Assembly: GCA_002104905.1 (NCBI GenBank)
Contig: MCFE01000173.1
Coordinates: 1-64,000, forward strand
Direction: 5' to 3'
From: Basidiobolus meristosporus CBS 931.73
Lineage: Eukaryota; Fungi; Basidiobolomycota
DNA length: 64,000 bases
The notes below the pieces were generated by a model. The model was not told the DNA's origin, did no database searches, and worked only from the letters and a program-made list of their open reading frames with translations. This document shows, piece by piece, positions 12,317 through 23,483 of the stretch. The translations under genes were made by a program, and so were the position numbers. Numbering within the stretch: the first letter of the stretch is position 1; every line of letters begins with the position of its first letter.

Positions 12317-13994
12317 TTATTTCAAGCGAGGACGAAGGAAGGGAGCCTTTGCACCGTTTTGCCTTTTAATTCCAACTCCGTTAGTAGGGTGAAGCTGTGA
12401 CTTGAGACGGCTCCCATTAGGATGCCCACCATTGGCGCCAAGCTTATCATGAGCTACGCCTGCATTATGAAGGTCTACCATTTTCCATGATTTAGAATTG
12501 GAGGTGAGATTGCTGTTCTGGCCAGTAATGGTTGTTTCCATATTTGATGAGCTCAGAGAGTTCATTGGTGCAGTAGGGCCATGTGTGTGACTATTGAATT
12601 CGGTCGCTAGATCGTCCATTGAGAGCATAGCATGGCCTATAGGTGCGATTGCCATTTTCTTCTCTTGATGCTTATGTGGATCGCCTACTAGTGGAAAGGT
12701 TAAGAAGCTCCCAACTAATTACTGACTGGTAGTAAGATGCCTGGAGGATTACTGGGAAATGCATCAGTAGGCTGTTTGACTCGAGATCTGATTTCTCTAG
12801 GAATTGCATAAGCTTGACTGATCCGAAAGAATTCTTATTGCTTAGGACTTACAAACTACGATCTGGATCACACAGCCTCGAATTCTTGGCGTAATTCGAA
12901 TGAAGTTCGTAAGTGTCCGCCATCTGTGCATATATATCATCACTGTCTGTGAAAAGAGTTCTCCTTGTAAGTGCGCAATGGATCGAGTATAAGCTGCTTA
13001 GCCTACCTTCAAAACCAAAATTTTCATTTTGAATGGTTTCTTTTTTAATGGCCGTGCTCTCAAATGATGGCGTAATATTTATTCGAGGTGTTGATCTGCT
13101 TGTGGTACGGGATCTATCATGTCTAGTTGGATTGATCGTGCTTTTGTGATATAGGCTCTCTGACTCTAAAGGTGCGACCTAGGTAGTTCAAAGTCTTAAA
13201 GCATTTCATTGTACAGTCGAAACATCCGGAATACCCACCGTCGGTGGTTTGCATTTGGTAATCTGTTTCAAAAAATTCTTGTCATATAGACAATTTCCTA
13301 GACTATTTCCATATGTTCGTAAAGCTCGTTTTAATGCATCGGTAGCCGCCTCCTTTTTTACTTTCTCAAAAGCTTGCGATTTACTTTTAGCATTCTCAAT
13401 GCTGCCATATCCAATATCCTGTAAAGCAACGATATATTGGCAACGATAGGCGTTTGAATATTTGGTGAATATTCACCTCGTGAAATGTGCCATCCTTTAG
13501 AATCACTCGCATGATACACGACATCCCAAGCGATACCCGGCCAGTATTCGCGATATCAAGCTATTTGTATACGTCAGTGAGTACAGTGGTGCTATCGCTG
13601 ATGGGCAACATAACGCGTAGCTTACAAAATCTATGGTATAGTCTACTATCTTTGATGACCATCCATTGAAGCCAAACATTTCATTTGCTAAATTGATTGA
13701 TTTCCAACCTTCCAGATAAGCAACTTTTGCTGATGGTGAAAATTGGAAATCAAGACAGTGAACTCCCGTTGAGTTTTGTTTAAATATCTTTACATCTACT
13801 CTGTGCTTACCTCCTCCGTATGCTGCCCTATTACTAATATGTTCGGGTCCTAATTGCATTGACAGAATATGCCGTGTGAGTTTGAACTCCTCCGAAGTAA
13901 AAGGGATACGGCCAAAATTAGACAGAGTATTATATGAAGAATCGCTGTATTGTTCTTGAGCGCCTGACCCATGTGTGATAGGGTTTCTATTCAT
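12317..13994 (-). CDS. RAD52: DNA repair and recombination protein Rad52/Rad22
   Basis: [14 protein letters not shown]|[46 protein letters not shown]|[44 protein letters not shown]. Introns have GT-AG borders. A low-complexity C-terminal exon ends at 12317. Confidence 0.95.
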
Positions 13995-14874
13995 TGTGAT
14001 CGATTCTTGGGACACACAATGTGCTCAAATAGGATAAATCAAGGATAAGGTAGTAGAGACAAAGTGCAAGAGCTGATATAGATTGTGGCAGTAGACAAAT
14101 GCTTCGTTTATAAATAAGCAGAAATAGTTGCATTGTGATAAGCAATTGTTGATATAATTCCTGATTTCAATGGATATTTAGATTCCATCCAGGTCTTATG
14201 TCAGCGCATGCCACTACTTGTTCCATCTTACAACTACACAATATCTATTCGATGGACGTTTCGCTAATAAATGAGCATTCAAGCATGTCATAAGCATTGA
14301 TGGTAGGATTGGCTATCCATTGTTTCAGGTTAATCATTGAGTGAATGCGAGAAATTTCTAATATAGACGACGAGCCCCGCACTGATCCTCCAAAAACGTA
14401 TACCAGCATTTCGCCAAAGAAGTCACAAGGTTTATTCGGGAGTCAATGAAGGTACCTAGCACGCGGTGTAGAGGTTTGTTTCCACCATCCCTGAGAGAGA
14501 TAGTGGAACCAAGTCTAGTGCGAATGATGGCCCTCGGATTGATAAACTGGAAGGTCGAGCAACGGGTGCTTATCGTTGGAATCATCCCCCTAATAGAGTT
14601 ACAATGTTGATGAGTCAAGCTACAGCCAGGAAGATCACTGCTTTAGAAACAATGTGGTTCTGCAGAGTTGGATGAAATACCAATTTGAGTATTCGAGAAT
14701 GGAATATATTGAATGTGATATTGGGAAGTTATATGTATAAATGTACTCTGCATTGCTATTATACAGAACGGGCTACATAGAGTTTCACAAACTAAGGATG
14801 GGTGGGACCCTAATGGGTTCAAGCAAGAGAAACAAACGTACTCAAAGCACAGACCAATGGAAAATAGAAGAATA

Positions 14875-15664
14875 TCAGAGTGAACGGACCTTAGAGTTTT
14901 CGGAATATTTCCATAACTGAAAACATATGATACAATCCATTGAAAGCTGGATTATACCGCACAAAAGAAATTGGAATGGGACGTCGTGGAAGTAATAGTA
15001 TTGGGTTTTGAATGCATCCCCGAGAAACCATGTACCGATAATCACAGTGCTAAAGCAACAGCATTAGTGGAATCACACCCAAAATATCGGCAAGAGATTG
15101 AACAGCATTGACCGTACCTGAATCCAGACACAGACTTTCTGGTGTGGTTGAAATATGCCTGCGGCATAGGAACTGTGGCTTCAATACCCATCGACAAGTA
15201 TCCCAACATATCAACAAAACTCTGGAACGACCCAAAAAATAAATATGCTACAGTGACCACTCCGGTAAACATAACCAAGAAGCGTGCATAATGACCAAAG
15301 GTAGGCCAGTTCCAAAAACTGGCTTGGGTGGGCCAATGCGACTCGGTTCTGTAGCGCAGGCAGATTTCCAGCAGTATAACCTGTGCAATTATCATAACAA
15401 AGCTTTGGTACAACAATGTTACGTCAAAACGATCACCGAGCCAGAAGAAAACTCGAAGTATACTATCGTTCAGTTAGTCACAAGTATATTTCAGAATAAG
15501 AATACTCTGTACCTTGATATTAACAAAATGCCACAAGTTGTAAGGCTAAAGCCGGCGCTGGATTTGGTTCGTCGAATAGACATGTATTGATCAACATAGC
15601 CAGCAATAGGACCAAAGATCATTGCAAGTTTCATGCATTGATCGAGAATGTAGCTCAAGGACAT
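14875..15664 (-). CDS. PQ-loop repeat membrane protein (Any1/PQLC1-like)
   Basis: Exons read MSLSYILDQCMKLAMIFGPIAGYVDQYMSIRRTKSSAGFSLTTCGILLIS, ILRVFFWLGDRFDVTLLYQS...FWNW...GIEATVPMPQAYFNHTRKSVSGF, and WFLGDAFKTQYY...QFLLCGIIQLSMD. Confidence 0.9.
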
Positions 15665-16298
15665 ACTTTAACAGAATGCAAAATACCGCAGGAAATTTAA
15701 GGGATTAGGTGTATAATGGTCTATTCAGGTTAGTTTAGGTTCTTTTAGAGAACGACGTTAAGTGTTAACAGATTTGCCGAGTGAAGAAACGTCTTTAATA
15801 AGAATACTCACACTTTTGCAATAGGGGTTCGTTCGGACCGGGAATCTTGGATATTTTTGTATGTAATTGGGCCAACCTAAATAGCCATTCCGAATCCAGC
15901 ATGCACAAAGGCGTATTTATAGACCTCATTGGAGTGGTTGGATTGTGATTTGATTTGCAGAGGCTAAAGCAAGTTGGATTTTGGCAAATCAGCAATTTGT
16001 GCTCAATAATAATCATGGGAATCAATTGATCTGATCGCAAAGATTTAAACGTGCAGATAACATGGACTCGACCAGGTAAGAACAGGGGACATTACATTTG
16101 CAATCGAACAATGCGGCCCTTTCAACCATATTGCCTACATCGCTAAACGGCGTTGATGGTGCCTGCTCCCCTGCATATATTTATTCTTTGTTCATGAGTA
16201 AAATAACCGAGTTGTACGTATTTAGGGATTGATTCATTTCAGAAACGGGCGGAAAGTGAATATTCGTAACTGACTGATATATATCCGAATTGGCCAAG

Positions 16299-17900
16299 TC
16301 AGTAATCTTGCGCTTGGAATCTTTCCTCAGTGATATACGACGCGACAACCGTGCGGTCACCAAATTTGCGCCCCGCTAGAGCGCGCAGTGCGACGCTACA
16401 CTCATCTTTCGTTTCGAACCGGATAAACACCTATATTTTGCATGTTACGTTAGCTATGTGCGGTGGAGAGAGGGCTTAGCCGCAGTTTCAACAAACCTTT
16501 CCAACCCCTGGGACCTTTTCTCCATTAATAGGCTTTGGGATTTGAAACTCGACAATTCTTCCGAATTTACTACACTCGTCTCCCACATCCTCAAGGATAT
16601 CTAATTGGAAATGTTCAGTACAGCCGCAAATCAATGCAATCTGGCATAAGCACCCCCTACCTTGGTATTCATCGTCGTCCTGGAGTTCCTCTGGAGTGAC
16701 CATATTCAGCAGTTGCAAGATGGTTGTGGGCTCCGAAGTATGTGTGTTTATGGGGATAAGCTCAGGGGGAATGGGGAAACTCCCCAGAGTCCCAAATGAG
16801 GGCGCTGCCATCTTTGCACCAATACTTGCTCTCTGGACCACCAACTTCTTGTCGCCCAGTTCCATATTATGCAGACCTTGGCAAGCGATGTCGGTGATTG
16901 CTGGGTCCACGTACTCGCAAAAGCCAAATCCCTTGGACAGTCCGGTCGCCGTGTCTTTTACCAGATTAAAGGCTCGTAGCTCTCCAAAGGACTTCAAGAG
17001 CTCTATCACCTGTTCCTCGTTAAGGTATGCAGGCAAGCCGCCAATAAAGATCTTGTTGGGGCTATCAGGGACATTGGTGGATATGACGCCAGGAACATGG
17101 ATTGGCAGTGGCTCACCGCCCTGGCCCATAGGTGGCAGATAGTCTTTGGGTCGTCTGATCTTGAGAGGCTGACCCTGGAAATTCATGCCATCAAAAACAA
17201 TCGCTGCAGTAGCCTCCTCAACTGCCTTGAATTCAACGAAAGCGTAATTTTTATCGTGGTTGATCTGTACCGTGACCACAGGATTACCACTCCCGGTAGT
17301 AATATTGTGCTCTAGCATGGTAGCATTAAAGAAATCAGCAATACTTTCCTCGTTAATACCGTACGGAATATTACCCACATATAACCTTCGAGACTGGCGG
17401 GCTAAGCTAGCATTTTGTGCCGCTGGTCCAGCAGCACCCTGACTCACTTTGGATGGATCCATGGCTCCATAGATGGCCTGCTGAGCCAATAGCCCAAATG
17501 GATGAACGCTGGTACCCCCCAATCCTGTCGTATGACCTGGTAGAGGGAAATGGCCAGTAGCTTTGACTTCTTGGGCAGACATACCTTCATAGCCAGGGGG
17601 TGCTACATCCCAGTTTTGAAGTCTACGTGGTCTCTTGTGCAGTGGTGTGACGGAGGGGCTTCTCTGCCTGGAGCGTGACGGGCTGCGTCGCGGTCTTCGG
17701 CTGTCCTTCTCGTCAGCTCTCCTTCTATTCTGGTCCCGAGATCGGCCGCCGGAGTGGTCGTGGTCTCTTCTGCTGCTACGACGCTCGTGGTCTCGTTCCC
17801 TGCCTTTTTCGCGCTCAGGACGGTTCTCTCGGGAGCGCTGGTTTCTGTCTCGCGAACGGTATTGCTCATCGTGGTCTCGATGGGCAAGTGCGGTCTTCAT
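16299..17900 (-). CDS. U2AF2: Splicing factor U2AF large subunit (U2AF65)
   Basis: N-terminal RS region, WDVAPPGYE, RRM1 (RRLYVGNIP, KNYAFVEF), RRM2 (NKIFIGGLP, KGFGFCEY) and UHM (ILQLLNMV...DILEDVGDECSKFG). The last exon VFIRFE...LAGRKFGDRTVVASY ends with TGA at 16299-16301. Confidence 0.97.
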
Positions 17901-19339
17901 TTAAGCGCTGAGGGAAGTTTGCTAAGGTTGAAGGAAGAGTATTTGGGTTGGATATGACGTCTGTGATGTAGGTGGACAAGGGGACGCGCAAGCACAAGGG
18001 TCAAGTAGGATAGAGAAGTGAAAGCCTCTTGACACAATGTTGCGGAAGGGGTAAGGCGCACAGTATTTGGAGGGCTGGAATTGGGTGGAGCTCGTCACCT
18101 GGCTGACGAAAACGGCAATGGTCGTTGATTATCTCCATTGGTCCATGTACCATCAAGAAATTGTTGGTATTTGTATTCGTCTAGGATGTTTCATCAACAC
18201 ATCCCATCCTCTTAGAATAGTTGGGAGTCCCGTCCATGACCCATCTCAAAGGGGATCTATCTTGGGGCATCCTCAGAGTAGTGCAGCTGACTGCCCAAAC
18301 CTGAGAATTGGCGGTGGGAGGGGGGGGGTGCACATGGCACGAGTAATTAATTAGCCACACCCACGGAGACTTCTACACTCGTAGATGTGTATATTAATGA
18401 ATCATTAGTTAATATTCCGATCAGCTGCCCATTCCCACCCGTATCGATCCCCTCAGTTGATTGATTCCATGACATAAATGCGATTGTTATGTCAACGAGG
18501 GCTCAGGGTTTGAAAAGTGAGTCGGGTTGCTGAGGCTTGGAGTGAGAATGGGTGGTGCCAATCGAGGTACAGATTAGGGAGTATGTTCATCGCCGATGGA
18601 AACTTGGGTCACTAGCCACGGGTTGTGCCGGCTAGGCCTACAAAAGTGGGAGCAGCCTCTGAGGGCGTTTGGGTCGGACCCTAAGTGGTGCCCTAGGGAG
18701 GATCTCTGTTTCAAGATCTGACAACCTGGAGGTGATTTGGGTTTGCCAAAACAAACGAGGGGCTTTCACTCGTCGGTATATCGAGCTCAAGTCAAGTCTT
18801 GTTGGGCAGCTTCATGAGAGCAATGATACTTTTGCATCGATGGAGGCCCCGGGAAGCTGTACACGAGGTTTCGTCCCAGCACGGTGTGTTGGAGATCCTT
18901 AAGCACATCCAGGACTGTTGCCGATTCCTCTATATTTCACGGGCCAAATCTCCACTCGATAGTCAAGATTCTCCCCGCTTGGTCGGTTTCAGGTGATCAT
19001 GTTACACATGAATCATTCCAAGATTCGAATCAAAGTGCCCAGTGTAATCATGGCAAGACACCACCATCCATTGGTCAGCTGTTTGGCGAACGTGTTTGGC
19101 TTGGAGCCCAAGCAATTCCTATGAAACTGCTACGTGGTTAATTGCTAAATGGTGTCGATGTGTGAAGTTTGTTCCGTGTGTCACCTGGATTGTTCATTTT
19201 CCTCACGTTTCTAGCTAGATGAACGCTAGCTGAGTGTACTGTGAGGTATTTTGCGGATGTCTAAGCGGTGATCATGGTAAAGGTGGTGGCAACAGGGCAT
19301 ATACTTCCGAAGTGTGTATGCTACCAACAATCCAAGGCA

Positions 19340-19495
19340 TGATGTAAAAATTCGGAATTCCACCTAAATATTCATCTAACTTAGTCACATAGATCATTCC
19401 CTATAAATCTTAGAGAGTATTGACCAAATTCCTTGTTGGGATTTACTTGGAATACTTTTCCCAAAACATCAGGTACCCAGAACATGAGATTTTGT
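19340..19495 (+). mobile_element. Truncated, diverged copy of LTR family 1; marks the start of the TE block
   Basis: TGATGTAAAAATTC...CCAGAACATG aligns by eye with the 5' half of the 350-bp LTR at 33986-34335. Confidence 0.8.
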
Positions 19496-20520
19496 TGTAG
19501 GAGAAGAAGCCTTAAAGTACCTGAAGAGAGCACAAAGTGCCTTTACCTTCATTTGCCTTATCTTTAAAGACAAGTTGCTAATTCAATGTTCAACAGCAAA
19601 AACAGCAAATGATGCCTAGGAGGAATTGAAAGGCACCTACCAGTCATGTTTAGCTGCCAAGACAATGTCTCTTAGACAAGGTTCTTCACCAATAAGATGC
19701 TGCCAGGAGAAAAAATAAAATACCTAACTAACAGAATCATGCTGTTGGCCAATGAGATAGTATCAGTGTCATGAGCACATGACAACCATGAACACCCATG
19801 CCAAGTTTCAGCTTCCTAGCTCAATTTCTAAGAGATTCCTTCTGGAACCTTCTACCACCTTCCAGAAAGTTCCTGACCATTCCAAACCATTGTTACACAA
19901 TGGAACATTCCATGGAAGCTTCCCATTTTATTTTTCATAGTTCAGTACCATATATGGAAATACCAGGTCACATGACTTAGTCACATGATCAGGTGACCCA
20001 ATCCATTTCCCCATCCTGTCTCAGTACCGTGTCATCTATGTCATTATCCCCAGCACCATTGCTGTGCCTCACCCCACAACCCCATTAGTATTAGCTAATA
20101 TCTCTTGGCATCAATATAGCCAAAAAGTATATATAGTCCTATCCCCCCTTAAGTATTCCTCAGTCTGATAAACACAGGTCTTGAATAAACAGCCTTGCCT
20201 TGAATCCTGCCTTGCCTTGATGGTCCACACCTAAGTCCTTTCCTGCCATGCCTAGCTTTTCCTCCTGCCTTGTGTCTATTCATAACAATCAGTGGGTGTA
20301 CCAACTACTGATGAAGATGTGATAATTACCCTCCTGAAAAGCTTGGAAGACATGTTTCAGGGCCTTGTACCAGCCCTAGAGTCTAGAACTGAAGATTCAG
20401 CCTTAAATTTTGAATCTGGAAGCCCTTTGTAAATAATATGGCCTTGCAGGTGGAACCAATCCAGATCAGCCTTTGGGATTCTGCAATGAGGCTGTCATTA
20501 TGCTGGAAGCTTGGAACTAC
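19496..20520 (+). pseudogene. Ty1/copia gag (UBN2-type) remnant, split by a solo LTR
   Basis: Degenerate frame DKLLIQCSTAKTANDA..MSLRQ..KMLPGEK..RIMLLANEIVS continues after the LTR as VGVPTTDEDVIITLLKSL...LESRTED. A homologous gag is at 36.7-36.85 kb. Confidence 0.7.
19767..20287. mobile_element. Solo LTR, family 3 (521 bp)
   Basis: TGTCATGA...TCATAACA termini with a perfect 5-bp TSD ATCAG (19762-19766, 20288-20292). Confidence 0.9.
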
Positions 20521-20679
20521 TGACCCTCTACACAATTGTATGGCAGGATTGTGACAGTATCTTGCCTATTTTACTGCTAAATAAAGTAATAAACTTAATG
20601 GTGTCTGAATGGTCTTTTGGCAGGACTTGCATGCCATTTTGACAATCTTAATGCAATCAACATTTATTTCAGCAGGCCT

Positions 20680-21590
20680 ATTTGACCAATCCATGCAATT
20701 ACCTCATATGGCAAGAAGCTTGGTGGTATTTTGATGGCATTATCATGGCAACATGGTGGCCTACTGCTAGACCAGCCCTGAGGAAGCTGCTGGTTTTTAT
20801 CACTGCCAGGTTCTTTGCTACTAATTTGACTGAGAGCTGCCTGAATGAAACTACACTTTTCCTTGATAAATATTGCACTGGTGCATCAGTGCCTACCTGC
20901 CTGTCCCTTATTGGCACTCTTCCAGCTACCTGACATTTCTTTAATGCTTGTTTAGATCTTTTGGCCCTGTTTGTAACAGGCTCTTGAGGAAGCTGCTGGT
21001 TTTTAGCCATGGCACCCTTGCTCTTCTGCCTTTGATAGTATCTGCAGTTCTTGAGATAATTTGTTGGCATACCAATGCTGGCCCAAAATCCATTTTCTTA
21101 CTTGAATCCAGGATAATGCTCATGGAACAGGTCATGTGCATTCTGCTTGGCCTTGAGTCCTCAATGGTCCCATAGTATGCCAACCTTAAGGTGATGGTAT
21201 GCTAGACTTCTTATAGCCTCTTGAATATTAGCCTACTCTTCATCATTGCACTAAGCGGCTTCACAGATCTTCAATTTCTTTTAATTATAGCCTTGGCTAT
21301 CAACACCACAGTTTCTCCTTCTCAACATGTGATAGAATTTTCTGTATGCTTTATCTCTGTGCACTGCTACTGTGCCTCAAAGAATATATAGTGCTGCTCT
21401 GCTGCAACATTGGGTAATGGCTCAATTCTTGGCTGTAACATTGGGCATCTTGAATTCCTTCTTTGCAGCAAAGATAATGTGTTCTCAACCTGAGATATTG
21501 ATTGCTCTACATATTTATCTGCTTATTCTGACTCTGGACTATTTCCTGACTTCTATCCTATTGGCTACTACACCTAATTGCCTCATTAAC
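20680..21590 (-). mobile_element. CACTA/CMC family fragment (middle of accessory ORF2)
   Basis: Aligns by eye with 54750-55420; encodes degenerate ..HYPGFK*ENGFWASIGM..YLKNCRYYQRQKSKGAMAKNQ. Confidence 0.8.
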
Positions 21591-22772
21591 CCCTATTAGA
21601 AATCATTGTGATAATCCCATCAAAAGGCCATCACAAGTTTAAAGTCCCATGACTAAGAGGTACCAATTTTGTCAGGGCACCATGCAGAGGCTGTTGAAAA
21701 ATAATTACACCCCAGATTTCACAAGAAACTTGGTCAAAATATTTTATCACAACAATGTATAAGTGGCTTTTAATTGGTTTCCTGCCAATTTGCTCACTTT
21801 CTGATCCTGGAAACTCAATCACCTCCTATATTTGTGTACATTGATTGGCTATTGCCTCTTTTTCACACTCCTTACTTTCTGACTCAACTGTTTCTCTTAC
21901 TTTTCAAGCTTACAAATTGATCTATTTCTGTTGAAACTTCAGTTGTACCTCAATTGCCAATTGTGTTGACCTATACAAGTCCCTATACTCTGCACCAACA
22001 TTTTGCCCAACCTGCGCTCAACAAGCAACTCCATTAAAATCCACCACTCAATAAGTATTTCTGCTGTAACACTCCGTTTCCATGATATGGCCAGAAGCCC
22101 TATGGCTTTATGCCACTGCTCATTCACTGGTCCCCATATGTCATGGTCTTCATCCAGCACTGCAAGGTCTAGCACCTCATCTGCCAGCCCTTGCAGTTAA
22201 TCCTTGCAATATTCAAGTGCATTTTCTTGAGCACTGCTCTTGAAGAAGTCCTGCAACCTCTTGTTGTGCCTATGAATGTTCCAAAATTCCACTGAGGTAC
22301 TGAGATAACCTTATGGGTTCTTGACATTGTTACTTTGTCTGTTGGTGGGATCTCCACTCTGTCAATAATGGAAGACATGGAGGCTGTGGTAGACAAATTG
22401 CCTTTTTCTGTAAACTCATCTACCTCACTGGAGTGTGGCTCAACTGGCTGTGCTTCCAACTCTTATCCCTATGAAAAATTATTGAGATGATCCCATCTAA
22501 AGGCCGTCCCAAAGTTAATGTCCTGTGACTGAGAGGTACTCATCTTGTCAGGACTCTGTCCAGAGACCGTTGAAAAACAATTGCACCCCAGATTTCACAA
22601 AAAACTTCGTCAAAATTTTTCATCACAACAATGTATAAGTGGCTTTTGATTGGTTCCCTGCCAATTTGCTCACTTTCTGATCCTGGACACTCTATTGCCT
22701 CCTATGTTTGTGTGAATTGATTGGCTATTGCCTCTATTTCACACTCCTTACTTCCTGACTCAGCCGTTTCTC

Positions 22773-23261
22773 TTACTTTTCATGCGTACAAATTGATTTA
22801 TTTCCGTTGAATACACATATTATCCGCTCATCCTGTTTCTGGACTACTTCCTGATTTCTCTGGGCCATTGCATATATCCTATCAGCCACTGCACCTAATT
22901 GCCTCATTAATGCTTTGGTATGAGCTGAAAACATACTTGCTAATATGGGTGGTGGTGATGTTATCATGGCCACTTGCTGATCTTCAACAGAGGGTACTGT
23001 GTTTGCTACATTCTCATCTGCCTGAGCATAACAGTCAGCTTGTGGCTCTGCAGAGGTTCTCAATTGCCTACTTGACTGAGAGCCTGAGGAGTCCACATTA
23101 TTACCTTCAATGGGCACACTGTCCACAGGGCCTTTTTTGGATGTAGCCCCGCTTGTTGCACTGAATGTCAAAGCAAGCTGTTGTCCAACCATTCTTCTGT
23201 TGCCATCAGCAGTGGGGTTTGGTTGAGAACCAGACAACTTTGCTTTATTTTTTGGCGGCAT
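22773..23261 (-). pseudogene. CACTA accessory ORF2, N-terminal half (rest deleted in this copy)
   Basis: MPPKNKAK... matches ORF 54918-55688 up to QKQDERII, then jumps to sequence that matches the 21.6-21.9 kb left end. Confidence 0.75.
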
Positions 23262-23483
23262 ATATATGGAAGTGAGTCAAACCAAAGGGGAAATAGTGTT
23301 ACATATACATGTGTATGTGGTGCCACAACTTTATTTATAATGCTTAACATAGCAGGTCATCATTGAATCTTACATTCTTGTAGGTGCAATGTCTCAAAGA
23401 CAAGACTGTCTTAAGTTCACATGAGTATTGACCAAAAAGTGATATAATAGCGTTACATTGTTGAAGGTCAATCTGTTTGCCCC

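Noticed and set aside
13730-13810. Apparent 27-aa novel insertion in the Rad52 core domain
   Set aside because: It has a GTAAGC donor and CAG acceptor, and removal restores the conserved GG-x-KV-x-Y-x-EG motif, so it is an intron.
14200-14650. Possible small plus-strand spliced gene between Rad52 and the PQ-loop gene
   Set aside because: A GT..CTAAT..AG intron-like segment exists, but no frame gives an open ATG-initiated product across it.
16696-17957. Several plus-strand ORFs of 60-150 aa
   Set aside because: They are antisense shadows of U2AF65; similar shadows overlie the F-box, Trs65-like, PXA and TE ORFs.
18669-19141. Short overlapping plus-strand ORFs next to the TE boundary
   Set aside because: All are under 90 aa, with no motif and no consistent gene model.
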